59,217 bases of DNA from an uncultured Coxiellaceae bacterium (GTDB taxonomy: Bacteria > Myxococcota_A > Polyangia > Polyangiales > Houyiibacteriaceae). This document shows, in pieces, positions 37,433-47,593 of this stretch. Every line of letters begins with the position of its first letter. Positions within the stretch are counted from its first letter, which is position 1. A program made the position numbers and the translations under genes. The DNA lies in NCBI GenBank assembly GCA_964194675.1, contig CAXMND010000193.1:1-59217 (forward strand). The letters run 5' to 3'. The notes under the pieces are model-generated. The model ran no database searches. It saw only the letters and a program-made list of their open reading frames with translations, and was not told the DNA's origin.

Positions 37433-38983
37433 GTGCTTGTTCCATCCGCCGAGGCTCAGTCGCTCCGCAAGGATCTCGCGGACCTGGTGAGCGGAGGCCG
37501 CGCCTCCACGGACCCCGCAGACCGAGCAGCGTACGCACGAGACATGTGGCCGCGGCAACAGATCCGGACGCGAGACGGCGAGGCGGCAATCGCTCCACCC
37601 GCCGTGATCGTATGGCCTGCAGATGTGCAAGAGATAGCTGAGGTTCTGCGATTCGCGGCCGAGCGTGGAATCCCAGCGGTTCCCTATGGCGCGGGGAGTG
37701 GGGTCTGCGGCGGCATCTTGCCCGACGACCGTACGATCCTGATCGATGTCAAACGGTTGGACGGAATCCGAAACGTCGATCCGGACACGCTAACCTGCAG
37801 CGCCGGCGCCGGCATCGTGGGGCAAAACCTCGAAGACCAGCTGAACGCCAAAGGGTACACCTTCGGACACTTTCCCTCCTCGATCTACTGCTCGACGTTG
37901 GGTGGATGGATCGCCTGTCGTGCCGCCGGGCAAACCTCGGGGCGTTACGGAAAGATCGAAGATCGAGTGCTTGGGCTCACATTCGTCGACGGTACGGGAA
38001 AGATTTGGCGCGCCGACCGGGAAGGCGAGAACGAGGTGCTGTTGCCATTGTTCATCGGGAGCGAGGGGATCTACGGCGTCGTCACCGAAGCGAAGCTCCG
38101 CCTCGATCCGGCGCCGACCGAGCGACTGTTTTCGTCATGGCTGTTTCGCCACACCGAAGACGGCCTAGATGCGATCCGGCAGATCTATCAGGCAGGGCTC
38201 CGTCCTGCAGTCGCGCGTTTGTACGACCCGTTCGACTCGATGATCTCGAGGAGCTTCAAGAGCAAAGACAAAGGAGAGACCCGTGACCCGTCGGACAAGA
38301 GCAAGGGGCCCGGAATCGGAACGCGGTCGCTGGTTCGGTTGATCCGTCGCCCGAGAACGATCAACCGCCTGATCGATTTCGCGGATCCCGCCATGGGAGG
38401 CGCGAAGCTAGTGCTCGTGTGGGAGGACAACCCCGAGATCGGCCGCGCGGAGCACGACGAGGCCGAGCGTATCTGCAACAGCTTTCGCGCCCGCAACACC
38501 GGCGAGGGGCCAGCGCGCCAGTGGTTCGCTCACCGACACGCGATCAGCTACCGGCAGTCCGCCTTCTTCACGGCCGGGGCGTTCATCGACACCATGGAGG
38601 TGGCGGCGACCTGGTCTCGTATGTGGCCGATGTACGAAGCCGTTCGTAAGGCGCTTTCCCCGAACGTATTCGTGATGGCGCATTTCAGTCACGCGTACCC
38701 CGAAGGAGCGTCGATCTACTTTACGTTTGCAGGAGCGGCCGCCAACGATGCGGCAGCCCTCGAGCGCTATGACGAAACTTGGCGCTCAGCGCTCCTCGCG
38801 GTGGTCGACGTCGGCGGAACGTTGAGCCACCACCACGGAGTTGGGCGCTCGAAGGCGCCAATGATGCGGCGGGAGCAAGGGGCGGCCATCGATGTCGTGC
38901 GGGGCATCAAACGCGCGCTCGATCCGCGAGGGATTCTCAACCCTGGGTCGTTGATCCCACTCGGTGAGGCCGAAGATGCTTGA
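37433..38983 (+). CDS. FAD-binding oxidoreductase, alkyl-DHAP-synthase-like (VAO family)
   Basis: PYGAGSGVCGG, GHFPSS, STLGGWIACRAAGQTSGRYGKIED, GSEGIYGV, HFSHAY and SHHHGVG motifs. Confidence 0.85.
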   Translation: MLVPSAEAQSLRKDLADLVSGGRASTDPADRAAYARDMWPRQQIRTRDGEAAIAPPAVIVWPADVQEIAEVLRFAAERGIPAVPYGAGSGVCGGILPDDRTILIDVKRLDGIRNVDPDTLTCSAGAGIVGQNLEDQLNAKGYTFGHFPSSIYCSTLGGWIACRAAGQTSGRYGKIEDRVLGLTFVDGTGKIWRADREGENEVLLPLFIGSEGIYGVVTEAKLRLDPAPTERLFSSWLFRHTEDGLDAIRQIYQAGLRPAVARLYDPFDSMISRSFKSKDKGETRDPSDKSKGPGIGTRSLVRLIRRPRTINRLIDFADPAMGGAKLVLVWEDNPEIGRAEHDEAERICNSFRARNTGEGPARQWFAHRHAISYRQSAFFTAGAFIDTMEVAATWSRMWPMYEAVRKALSPNVFVMAHFSHAYPEGASIYFTFAGAAANDAAALERYDETWRSALLAVVDVGGTLSHHHGVGRSKAPMMRREQGAAIDVVRGIKRALDPRGILNPGSLIPLGEAEDA

Positions 38984-39851
38984 GTTCTTCGACGAGATCC
39001 AGCTTAGTCTCCCCGGCACCCTCGACAAGAGCGGAGAGCAACCGACGATCAGCCCGGGTTCGGCCCGCGCCGTCACGCACTTGATGCAGCTGGCCAACAA
39101 GACCGGCGTCGCGCTGCAGGTGCCGGGTGGCGAGCCGCATCCCGACCGACCGGCGCTACGACTGGATCGACTCGACGGGATCATCTCCGTCGACGAAATC
39201 TCGAGGATTATACACGTCCAGGCTGGGATCGCCCTTGGTGTGGTCGAGGAGAGGGCAAACGATCACGGGTGGACGCTTGGTGTGTCTAAAGCGCTGCACC
39301 GGGAACAGGTTGGCGCCTGGCTCGCGCGAGGCGCGCCGGGTCGAGCCGACAAGGCCAACGACCCTGTCATGCAAAACGTCGCGGGCCTCGAGCTCGTACT
39401 GCCTTCGGGAGCCGAGTTCTCGATCCGACCGGCGCCTCGTCGAGCGGTGGGCCCGGACTTGATTCGTGCGGCCATCGGTGCACACGGACGCCTCGGCGTC
39501 ATCGTCGGAGCACACCTGGTTGCCCACGCCAAGCTGGTCGAATCGCTGTTCGCATTTTCGTTCCCCGATTCCCGAGCCGCAAACCGAGCGCTCGCCTGGA
39601 TCCGCGGAAACGGAGTGCGTCCCCTTCGAGCAGCCGTCCAGCGAGACCAACTCCAAGTCGTCCTCGAAGCGGAGGGCCCACGATACGAAGCGGCGACCAA
39701 GGTGATGAGGCGGGTCATAGCAGAAAACGGGGGAACGGAGCTTGCGAATCAGCCGAAGATCGACGTCTCACAAGAACGACTCCCCGCAAGCGGAGAGGTC
39801 TTCGACCGACTGGCAAGCGAGCTGGACCCCAACGGAGTCCTGCAGCCCTGA
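38976..39851 (+). CDS. Shortened FAD-binding oxidoreductase partner (GlcE-like)
   Basis: PRRAVGPDL..GAHGRLGVI and terminal LDPNGVL; overlaps the upstream gene. Confidence 0.7.
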   Translation: MLEFFDEIQLSLPGTLDKSGEQPTISPGSARAVTHLMQLANKTGVALQVPGGEPHPDRPALRLDRLDGIISVDEISRIIHVQAGIALGVVEERANDHGWTLGVSKALHREQVGAWLARGAPGRADKANDPVMQNVAGLELVLPSGAEFSIRPAPRRAVGPDLIRAAIGAHGRLGVIVGAHLVAHAKLVESLFAFSFPDSRAANRALAWIRGNGVRPLRAAVQRDQLQVVLEAEGPRYEAATKVMRRVIAENGGTELANQPKIDVSQERLPASGEVFDRLASELDPNGVLQP

Positions 39852-39885
39852 GCAGTGCCAGCGTCAGCGCCAGTGGTGCCAGCGC
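39851..39885 (+). repeat. Intergenic hexamer repeat block (GYGYCA family)
   Basis: agcagtgccagcgtcagcgccagtggtgccagcgc; the first 15 nt are identical to 2185-2199. Confidence 0.75.
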
Positions 39886-40959
39886 TTAGCTTTCCCCCTG
39901 CTGCTTCATCAGCTCCGCCTGATGGTGACTTCGCAACGCGGTCAGGAGCTCTTCCACATTGCCTTCCATCATCCGATCGAGGCTGTGGAGGGTGAGTTGG
40001 ATGCGGTGGTCGGTGAGGCGGTTTTGCGGGAAGTTGTAGGTGCGGATCTTTTCGGAGCGTTCGCCTGTCCCGACCATGCTTCGACGTTCTGAGCTGATCG
40101 CACTCGCCTGCGCCTCGCGTTCGAGGTCGAGGAGCTTGGCCGAGAGGATCTGCATCGCCTTGGCCTTGTTCTGATGCTGCGAACGCTGTTGCTCCGAGCG
40201 CACCATGATGCCGCTCGGTAGGTGCTTGATCTGCACGGCAGACATCGTTCGGTTGACGTGCTGGCCCCCGGGCCCGCCGGCGGCGGTCGTGGAGATCTCG
40301 AGATCACTCGGGTCGATCTTGACTTCGTCTATTTCGTCGACTTCGGGCATGACCGCCACAGTGGCCGTCGATGTATGGATACGACCCTGCGACTCGGTCG
40401 TCGGAATCCGTTGCACCCGGTGTACCCCGCCCTCGAACCGGAGCTTCGAATAGACGTTCTTGCCGGAGACCTCGGCGATGACCTCCTTGATGCCTCCCGC
40501 GGATGCCTCACTGAGCGACGACACCTCGACCTTCCAGCCTTGCGTCTCCGCATAGCGTGAGTACATGCGAAAGAGATCCGCAGCGAAGAGCGCTGCTTCT
40601 TCCCCTCCGGTACCGCTTCGAATCTCGAGGATCGTGTTGCGTTCGTCGCTCGGGTCCTTCGGAAGGAGCAACAGGTTGATACCCGCCTCGAGCGCTTGCC
40701 GTTCCTTTTCGAGGCCCGGGATCTCCTCTTCGGCAAGCTCGCGAAGATCAGGATCGGAGAGCGCTTCCTTGTGGCCCGCGATGTCCTCGACGACCTGGCA
40801 GTATCGCGTCCACGTCTCGACAACCTCCTGCAAGTCAGCACGCTCCCTGGTGAGCTGCGTGTACCTCTTCGGATCCGACACCACATTGGGCTGGCAAAGG
40901 CGCTCTTCGATCTCGCCATAGCGAGCCGTCAGCGACTCGAGCTTGTCTTTCGGAAGCAT
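39886..40959 (-). CDS. prfA: Peptide chain release factor 1
   Basis: GTGGEEAALFA, GVHRVQRIPTT (PxT), GGQ and IRTYNFPQNRLTDHRI motifs. Confidence 0.97.
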   Translation of the reverse strand: MLPKDKLESLTARYGEIEERLCQPNVVSDPKRYTQLTRERADLQEVVETWTRYCQVVEDIAGHKEALSDPDLRELAEEEIPGLEKERQALEAGINLLLLPKDPSDERNTILEIRSGTGGEEAALFAADLFRMYSRYAETQGWKVEVSSLSEASAGGIKEVIAEVSGKNVYSKLRFEGGVHRVQRIPTTESQGRIHTSTATVAVMPEVDEIDEVKIDPSDLEISTTAAGGPGGQHVNRTMSAVQIKHLPSGIMVRSEQQRSQHQNKAKAMQILSAKLLDLEREAQASAISSERRSMVGTGERSEKIRTYNFPQNRLTDHRIQLTLHSLDRMMEGNVEELLTALRSHHQAELMKQQGES

Positions 40960-40962
40960 CGT

Positions 40963-41976
40963 TTAGGCCGCGTGGGAAGCACGGAGGGAGCCGTCCCCGC
41001 TCAATACTTCCCTAAAGCGCTCAAAACTGGAAAAAACGATCGGTTCGTCGCCGCTCGGCGCCGACTCTTGGATGCGATCTCGCCACGCAGCGGCCTCCAT
41101 CGCGGCAATCGCGATTTCGACTTGGTCGTCCTCGGGCTCACGTGTCGTGATTTTCTGAAACAAGAAGCCTGGGTAGAGGACCACGCGTTTCCAGCCGGTC
41201 GTACAAAAACGGGCACTCAGTCGTTGAAGCTCATAGGAGATGGCGGCGATGATCGGAAGAAGCGCGATCCGCATCGTGAGAAGCGCTAACTGACCGATCC
41301 AGCCCCCCACGTCTGGCATCAAGAGCGGAGCCGCAAGCGAGCCGAGGATGATCGACACCACGATCACCACGATCAGAAACGTCGTACCACATCGCGGGTG
41401 AAGCGTGCTTTGCATCTGAACGTTCTCTATCGTGAGCGGCAAATTCTTCTCGTACGCGTGGATCGTCTTGTGCTCGGCTCCGTGGTACTGAAAGAGCCTC
41501 CGCACCTCTGGAATCCGGCTGATCGCAAGAAGATAGGCGACAAAGATCAAGAGCTTGAAGCCACCGATCAGCACATGAAATGGGGTGTCGGTGAGGCCCA
41601 GCTCCCATCCGACGCCCTTGGCGGTCAGGCTCGCCAGGAACTGCGGAAGGGCAATGAACAGTCCAAGCGCGAGCAATGTTGAAATCACCACCGCCAACTT
41701 GCCGGAATCGCCTTCTTGGGCGAGCTCCTCTTCGGTCATCTGCTGCTCGGCAGAGAACTGAAGCGCCGAAAAGCCCATCGTCATCGACTCGACCAGCATC
41801 GCAACCCCGCGGAACCCGGGAAGCTTCCAAAGTTTCTTCGACCATCGAGAACGATAGGGGCCCTCCCGGAGCGCGATCTTGCCGTCCGGCCGGCGCACCG
41901 CGACGGTCAAGCATGCCGGAGCGCGCATCATCACGCCCTCGATGACTGCTTGTCCACCGATGTAGGGTTGGGCCAT
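40963..41976 (-). CDS. DUF1385 membrane protein
   Basis: [19 protein letters not shown] and HPRCGT motifs; usual rpmE-prfA context. Confidence 0.9.
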   Translation of the reverse strand: MAQPYIGGQAVIEGVMMRAPACLTVAVRRPDGKIALREGPYRSRWSKKLWKLPGFRGVAMLVESMTMGFSALQFSAEQQMTEEELAQEGDSGKLAVVISTLLALGLFIALPQFLASLTAKGVGWELGLTDTPFHVLIGGFKLLIFVAYLLAISRIPEVRRLFQYHGAEHKTIHAYEKNLPLTIENVQMQSTLHPRCGTTFLIVVIVVSIILGSLAAPLLMPDVGGWIGQLALLTMRIALLPIIAAISYELQRLSARFCTTGWKRVVLYPGFLFQKITTREPEDDQVEIAIAAMEAAAWRDRIQESAPSGDEPIVFSSFERFREVLSGDGSLRASHAA

Positions 41977-42012
41977 GGTGACCAGTATAGAGCCCTTGCG
42001 GGGCACGTCCGC

Positions 42013-42273
42013 CTAGTTGTCCGTGGAAGCTTCTGGGGAGGCTTCTGGCGTCGCCTCGGCCTTCTTCGCCTTGTCGGACTTCGCGTACTTCCTGCGGAAA
42101 CGCTCGACTCGGCCGGCAGTGTCGACGAGCTTCTGCTTGCCGGTGTAGAAGGGGTGGCAAGCCGAGCAGATATCCACCTGTTCGATGGGCTTCGTCGATC
42201 GGGTCACGAATGAGTTCCCGCATGCGCAATGCACGGTGATCACGTTGTATTCAGGATGAATGTCCGGTTTCAT
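42013..42273 (-). CDS. rpmE: 50S ribosomal protein L31 (Zn-ribbon type)
   Basis: [13 protein letters not shown] and [13 protein letters not shown] motifs. Confidence 0.97.
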   Translation of the reverse strand: MKPDIHPEYNVITVHCACGNSFVTRSTKPIEQVDICSACHPFYTGKQKLVDTAGRVERFRRKYAKSDKAKKAEATPEASPEASTDN

Positions 42274-42389
42274 GCTCTTGTGCTCCCTCGTTGAGCGAGG
42301 CCGCCGTATGTAGCCTAGGTGGCAAGCCCTGGCAAATCATCGGGCGGCGGCGCGCGAAACGCAACCTTGATCGCACAATTATGCCTTGA

Positions 42390-42402
42390 TATCAAAAGGT
42401 TA
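42390..42402 (+). promoter_or_regulatory. IHF consensus match
   Basis: TATCAAAAGGTTA fits WATCAANNNNTTR, in the rpmE/phosphatase divergent region. Confidence 0.4.
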
Positions 42403-42500
42403 CAAGAATGTGGGTCGAGCTTCGGCGTGCGGTGTGCAGACGGTGCTAAGGCTCGAAAGTCTTTTCGTTTCGGCGGCCGTCCAAGTTAGGGTTTCGTTTC

Positions 42501-44144
42501 ATGCTCAGAACCTTCGTCGCGCTGCTGATCACCGCTTCGATCGGCTTTTCTGGATGCTCCAACAAGACGCCCCAGGCGGAGCCCACCATCGAACCAGCGG
42601 AACGCCCCGGAAAGGCTGAGGTGGCACCGAGGCTCGTCGTGCTGATCGTCATGGATCAACTCGCGACGTGGGTGTTGGACGCATATTTGCCGATCCTTCC
42701 TTCGGATAGTGTGCTTCGGCGCGCGTACGAAGGTGGCGCATACCACCGGGCCGCCTTCCCCTTCGCCGTGACCCAGACCGCTCCGGGCCACGCCTCGCTC
42801 ACCACAGGTGTTCCGCCTGCGGTGCACGGTATCGTGGCCAATGCGATCTTCGATTTTGAGCATGGACCCCACAAAACGGTCGACGACCACCAGCATGCCG
42901 TCATTGGAAACGCGGAGCGGTTCGTGAGCCCGACCGGCCTGCAGGCACCGACCGTCGCCGACGCGCTCCATCAACACAGCGGCGGAAAGGCGCGGATCGT
43001 GGGCATCTCGATGAAGGGTCGTTCAGCGGTTCTTCCTGTAGGCCAGAAGGCGAACGCGGCGGTCTTCTACGATTCGAAAGCGCGGGCGATGACTACGTCG
43101 ACGTTCTACGCACCAAACGGCAGACTCCCCGCTTGGTTGAGCGCGTTCGTCAAAGCCAACCCGGTCGGCCCACTTCTGCAGGTCTGGAAGCCTGAAAACC
43201 CGGATTGGCTCCAAGCCAACTTTGGCCCCGATGCGTGGGCCGGCGAAATGTACCCGAACTTTCCGCATGACCCGAAGGAAGCGATCGACCCGTGGTATGC
43301 GTTCGCGGGCACGCCCGAGTCGACCGAATACCTGATCGCGGCAGCGTTCGCGGCAGTCAAAGCCGAAGACATGGGCATGGACGAGGTGCCCGACTTTCTC
43401 GTGCTCGGGATCTCGGGAACCGACACCGTCGGGCACATTTGGGGGCCTCGATCCTGGGAGTACGCCGACAATCTGCGTCGAACCGACCGGGCGTTGGGCC
43501 GATTCGTCAGGGTTCTGGAGGCGCGGGGACCCGTGGCATTTGTGCTCACCGCGGATCACGGTGTTGCCGCCATGCCCGAGCGCGTGCGAGCCGATGGCGG
43601 CACAGCGGGACGGATCAGACATACCGAGGTAATGGTCCATGCGGAACGGGCAGCCGACGCGGCGCTTGGTGAAGGCGATTGGATCGCTGCCTACGTTCCG
43701 CCCCTCATCACCTACACTGAAGCCGGCAAACGGCACCGCAAGGACCTCCACAAGGCTCTCAAGAAAGCGATGCCGGCGCTCGAGGGCATCAAGGCAGTTT
43801 ACGACGCACACGCTGGCGCAAAGTTGCGGGCAAGCAACCGCGACATCGAACGACTCGTGGGCGCGTCGCTACCGAAGGATGCGCCCGGCGACCTGTACCT
43901 GGTCACGAGCGAGGGCTGGTTCGATGCGCTCTCCGAGACGGGCGGCACCAATCACGGCTCGCCGTGGCCGTACGACCGAGAAGTGCCGATCTTGATGTGG
44001 GGTGCGGGAATCGAGCGCCGAACGAGTAAGAAGGTGCATAGCGTGCTACAGGTCGCCACTACCCTCTGCGTCCTCCTCGACATTCCTCCGCTGACGCTCG
44101 CGCCCCAAAGCCCACTTCCAGGTGTCATGCGGCTCCACGATTGA
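42501..44144 (+). CDS. Alkaline phosphatase family lipoprotein (PafA-like)
   Basis: Lipobox FSGC; MDQL, TQTAPGHA (Thr nucleophile), DTVGHIWGP, TADHG and HGSP motifs. Confidence 0.88.
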   Translation: MLRTFVALLITASIGFSGCSNKTPQAEPTIEPAERPGKAEVAPRLVVLIVMDQLATWVLDAYLPILPSDSVLRRAYEGGAYHRAAFPFAVTQTAPGHASLTTGVPPAVHGIVANAIFDFEHGPHKTVDDHQHAVIGNAERFVSPTGLQAPTVADALHQHSGGKARIVGISMKGRSAVLPVGQKANAAVFYDSKARAMTTSTFYAPNGRLPAWLSAFVKANPVGPLLQVWKPENPDWLQANFGPDAWAGEMYPNFPHDPKEAIDPWYAFAGTPESTEYLIAAAFAAVKAEDMGMDEVPDFLVLGISGTDTVGHIWGPRSWEYADNLRRTDRALGRFVRVLEARGPVAFVLTADHGVAAMPERVRADGGTAGRIRHTEVMVHAERAADAALGEGDWIAAYVPPLITYTEAGKRHRKDLHKALKKAMPALEGIKAVYDAHAGAKLRASNRDIERLVGASLPKDAPGDLYLVTSEGWFDALSETGGTNHGSPWPYDREVPILMWGAGIERRTSKKVHSVLQVATTLCVLLDIPPLTLAPQSPLPGVMRLHD

Positions 44145-44157
44145 GTATGCTCCGAGC

Positions 44158-44421
44158 ATGAAACTCGTTGTCGCACTTGGGAAAGTCATCGTGCTTGCCG
44201 GTTGGGCTTGGGGGCTCTCGTCATTTCTGACCCCAACGATGGTGCCCGCGCCCGATATCGGTCGCATGGTCCTTCTCGGTCTGCTCGCCATCCACGTCGC
44301 GGAGGCCTTTGCATTCGCCAAGGGCCTCGCCGCGGAAACCGGCGGGTCGGTCGGGAGCCACGTGTGGCAACTCCTGATTTTCGGCTACTTCCACGTCATG
44401 GGCGTGCGCTACAATAGCTGA
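44158..44421 (+). CDS. Small membrane protein (DUF1145-like)
   Basis: Hydrophobic; LLAIHVAEA...QLLIFGYFH. Confidence 0.65.
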   Translation: MKLVVALGKVIVLAGWAWGLSSFLTPTMVPAPDIGRMVLLGLLAIHVAEAFAFAKGLAAETGGSVGSHVWQLLIFGYFHVMGVRYNS

Positions 44422-44424
44422 GCC

Positions 44425-44703
44425 ATGGGCCAGAAACGAATCCACCTCGTCGTTCGCGGCCGAGTACAGGGCGTGTACTTCCGCGCCACCGCACAGCGCG
44501 AGGCTCGCCAACATGGGCTGAGTGGATGGATCAAAAACCGTCCCGACGGCGCCGTAGAGATCGTTGCCGAAGGGGAAGAGGACGACGTGAAAGACTTCCT
44601 CTCCTGGTCACAGAAAGGCCCATCGACAGCGCGCGTAGACGACGTGCACGTGCGTTGGCGGAGCTATACTGGCGAGTACACCGACTTTCGGATCACGCGG
44701 TAG
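44425..44703 (+). CDS. acyP: Acylphosphatase
   Basis: GRVQGVYFR and GWIKNRPDGAVE motifs. Confidence 0.95.
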   Translation: MGQKRIHLVVRGRVQGVYFRATAQREARQHGLSGWIKNRPDGAVEIVAEGEEDDVKDFLSWSQKGPSTARVDDVHVRWRSYTGEYTDFRITR

Positions 44704-44705
44704 CG

Positions 44706-45110
44706 CTAGTCGCCATACCGACTTACTCGCGCGCGCGACCGCTTCTTCTCTGCTTTATGGCGCTTGTCTTCGAGACGACGCCATTTGGATGCACGTGTCG
44801 GCTTGGTAGCGACTCGGCGCTTGGGTGCAGGGAGTGCCCGCAAGATCAGACGTCGGAGCCCGTCGCGAGCACGCTCGAGATTCTGTCGCTGCGATCGCTC
44901 GGCTTGGGCACTGACGAGCACGCCGCCCTCCGCGTCCAGGCGTCTGCCGGCAAGCTTTCGCAGCCTACTCTTCTGGGCTCTGCCCAAGGCTTCCGTCCCC
45001 CGGAGGTCAAAACGAAGGGTTATCTTGGTAGCCACCTTGTTGACGTTCTGCCCGCCCGGTCCAGAAGACCGGCTGGCACTCCACGAGAGGTCGGACCCAG
45101 GAATCGTCAC
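44706..45110 (-). CDS. arfB: Alternative ribosome rescue peptidyl-tRNA hydrolase
   Basis: [20 protein letters not shown] and basic tail [10 protein letters not shown]. Start may extend to CTG at 45155. Confidence 0.93.
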   Translation of the reverse strand: MTIPGSDLSWSASRSSGPGGQNVNKVATKITLRFDLRGTEALGRAQKSRLRKLAGRRLDAEGGVLVSAQAERSQRQNLERARDGLRRLILRALPAPKRRVATKPTRASKWRRLEDKRHKAEKKRSRARVSRYGD

Positions 45111-45163
45111 CCGCCCATCGACGACTAGGTCCTTGTGCTGTCGCGGAGACGGCAGCGTGTCCC

Positions 45164-45640
45164 CTATGTGAGGAACTCGATCAAGGACATTGGGGCGTTG
45201 TCGCCGCGGCGGTGGTTGACCTTAATGATGCGGGTGTAGCCGCCACCCTTGTTCTCTTTCGCGCGATCCATGTAGCGGGGAGCGATGTCGGTGAAGAGCT
45301 TGTGGATCAGGTCCACCTCCTCGACCGTGCCGTCGGGATTGGTCTTCGCGAGCTGCTTCGGGAGGAAGCGGGCCACTTGGCGGCGAGCGTGAAGGCGTCG
45401 GGCGAGGATCCGCTGGCGCTCTTCCTCGTCTTTGATCTTCGCCACGTCGACGGTGAGGTCATCACCGAGCCGAATGGCTCTCGTGACCAGCCGCTCCGCG
45501 ATGCGCCGAAGCTCCTTCGCTTTAGCGTCTGTCGTCTTGATCTGGCCGTGCAGAATCAGATTCCCCGCCATGTTTCTGAACATGGCGCGGCGATGGCTCG
45601 TATTGCGTCCGAACTTTCTGCCTGCCTTTTGATGTCTCAT
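45164..45640 (-). CDS. rplQ: 50S ribosomal protein L17
   Basis: [20 protein letters not shown] and GGYTRIIK motifs. Confidence 0.97.
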   Translation of the reverse strand: MRHQKAGRKFGRNTSHRRAMFRNMAGNLILHGQIKTTDAKAKELRRIAERLVTRAIRLGDDLTVDVAKIKDEEERQRILARRLHARRQVARFLPKQLAKTNPDGTVEEVDLIHKLFTDIAPRYMDRAKENKGGGYTRIIKVNHRRGDNAPMSLIEFLT

Positions 45641-45663
45641 GACGACCTACCCGCAACCCATCG

Positions 45664-46686
45664 CTACTGGCTGGCCTGCTGGGTCTTCCAGCGCTCGAGC
45701 ATCTGCGACCAGTTGTCGATCTGCATGCCGAGCGAAAGCCCCATATCAGCCAGGATTTCTTTGATTTCCTTGAGCGACTTGCGCCCGAAGTTCTTTGTCT
45801 TGAGCATCTCGCCCTCGCTCTTCTGCACGAGCTCGCCTATCAGTTTGATACTGGCGTTCTGTAGGCAGTTGGCAGAGCGAACCGAGAGCTCCAGCTCGTC
45901 GACCGAGCGGAAGAGGTTCTCGTTGAGGGGCTCTTCGCTGCTCTCCTCTTCGATCGGCTCATCATGCTCTTCGAAGTTGATGAAGATCGCGAGCTGGTCC
46001 TTGAGGATCTTCGCGGCATACGCCACCGCATCGGCCGGCTTCACCGCGGCATCGGTCCAAACCTCGAGGGTGAGCTTGTCGTAGTCGGTGATCTGCCCGA
46101 CACGAGCGTTGGTCACCGCGTAGTTCACTTTGCGGATCGGCGAGAAGAGCGAGTCGATCGCGATCGTGCCGATCGGAATGCCGGCCGTCTTGTTGCGCTC
46201 CGCGGGCACATAGCCGTGGCCCACGTTGATGGTGAGCTCGGCAGCGAAACGGCCGCCCTTGGCTATGGTGCAGATCGTGTGGTCTGGATTGAGGATCTCG
46301 ATCTGGTCGCTGACCTGGATGTCGCCTGCGGTCACCACACCGGCGCCTTCCTTCTCGATCCGTACCGTCTGGACGCGGGCCGTGTGGGATCGGACGACCA
46401 CTTCCTTGAAGTTGAGCACTATCTCGGTGATATCCTCGACAACTTCCGGAACCGACGTGAACTCGTGCAGCGCACCGTCGATTTTCACGGCCGTGATCGC
46501 GGCACCCTGAAGCGAAGAAAGAAGCACTCGGCGAAGCGAGTTGCCCAACGTGATGCCGAAACCGCGCTCGAGCGGCTCCACCACGAACTTGCCATAGATG
46601 TCACTCAAGCTTTCCTTATCGACCGGGACACTTCTCGGCCGGATAAGCTCTCGCCAATTACGCGTAACCAGATTTGCGCTCGTCAT
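45664..46686 (-). CDS. rpoA: RNA polymerase alpha subunit
   Basis: [23 protein letters not shown] and [11 protein letters not shown] motifs. Confidence 0.98.
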   Translation of the reverse strand: MTSANLVTRNWRELIRPRSVPVDKESLSDIYGKFVVEPLERGFGITLGNSLRRVLLSSLQGAAITAVKIDGALHEFTSVPEVVEDITEIVLNFKEVVVRSHTARVQTVRIEKEGAGVVTAGDIQVSDQIEILNPDHTICTIAKGGRFAAELTINVGHGYVPAERNKTAGIPIGTIAIDSLFSPIRKVNYAVTNARVGQITDYDKLTLEVWTDAAVKPADAVAYAAKILKDQLAIFINFEEHDEPIEEESSEEPLNENLFRSVDELELSVRSANCLQNASIKLIGELVQKSEGEMLKTKNFGRKSLKEIKEILADMGLSLGMQIDNWSQMLERWKTQQASQ

Positions 46687-46704
46687 TCGTTGCCTCCGCA
46701 GCCT

Positions 46705-47100
46705 TTAGACGCGCCGCCGCTTCGGCGGGCGGCAGCCATTGTGTGGGATCGGGGTAACATCGCGCAGCAGGGTGACCCGCATGCCGATGTGCTGAAATGC
46801 GCGCAGCGCCGATTCACGGCCTGAGCCAGGACCTTTGACGAAGATCGCGACGGTCTTCATGCCCGCGTCTTGTGCCTTGCGAGCCGCATCCTCAGCGGCG
46901 AGCTGAGCGGCAAATGGCGTGCTCTTACGCGAGCCCTTGAAGCCCCGCGAACCGGCGGACGACCATGAAACCACCTCACCCTGGAGATCCGTGATGGTCA
47001 CGATGGTGTTGTTGAAGGTGGACTGGATGTGCGCAATGCCGTTCGTAACGACCTTCTTCGTCTTACGCTTCTTGCCCTTGGCCGTTTTTGCTTTCGCCAT
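46705..47100 (-). CDS. rpsK: 30S ribosomal protein S11
   Basis: [12 protein letters not shown] and [18 protein letters not shown] motifs. Confidence 0.98.
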   Translation of the reverse strand: MAKAKTAKGKKRKTKKVVTNGIAHIQSTFNNTIVTITDLQGEVVSWSSAGSRGFKGSRKSTPFAAQLAAEDAARKAQDAGMKTVAIFVKGPGSGRESALRAFQHIGMRVTLLRDVTPIPHNGCRPPKRRRV

Positions 47101-47101
47101 T

Positions 47102-47473
47102 CTAAGATCGCTTCCTTGCCATGGCGCCGCGCTTCGGACCCTTACGCGTGCGGGCATTGGTGTGAGTGCGCTGGCCGCGACACGGCAAGCCACGCCGATG
47201 ACGAAGCCCTCTGTAGCATCCGAGGTCCATCAGCCGCTTGATGTTCATGTTCACTTCGCGACGAAGGTCACCTTCGACCTTGTAGTTCTGGTCAATGCAC
47301 TCGCGGATCGACTTGACGTCGTTCTCGTCGAGCTCTTCCGCCCGCTTGTTCGCCGGAACCCCGGTCTTCTCGCAAATGTATTTCGCGTGATGCGGGCCGA
47401 TTCCGTAGATGTACTGCAGTGCAATCACCGTATGTTTGCGACCCGGAAGGTCGACGCCTGCGATACGTGCCAT
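47102..47473 (-). CDS. rpsM: 30S ribosomal protein S13
   Basis: [10 protein letters not shown] and [14 protein letters not shown] motifs. Confidence 0.98.
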   Translation of the reverse strand: MARIAGVDLPGRKHTVIALQYIYGIGPHHAKYICEKTGVPANKRAEELDENDVKSIRECIDQNYKVEGDLRREVNMNIKRLMDLGCYRGLRHRRGLPCRGQRTHTNARTRKGPKRGAMARKRS

Positions 47474-47478
47474 GCTCG

Positions 47479-47592
47479 TTATCCTTGCCTTTGCTTGTGG
47501 CGGGGGTTCTCACACAAGACACGCACGACACCTTTGCGGCGTACGATCTTGCACTTCTCACAAATCTTTCTGACGCTCGGTCGAACCTTCAT
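47479..47592 (-). CDS. rpmJ: 50S ribosomal protein L36 (not in the ORF track)
   Basis: Manual translation: [37 protein letters not shown]. Confidence 0.97.
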   Translation of the reverse strand: MKVRPSVRKICEKCKIVRRKGVVRVLCENPRHKQRQG

Positions 47593-47593
47593 G

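Noticed and set aside
45110-45166. Stop-codon read-through fusion of rplQ and arfB
   Set aside because: The two genes are not in the same frame (offset 56 nt).
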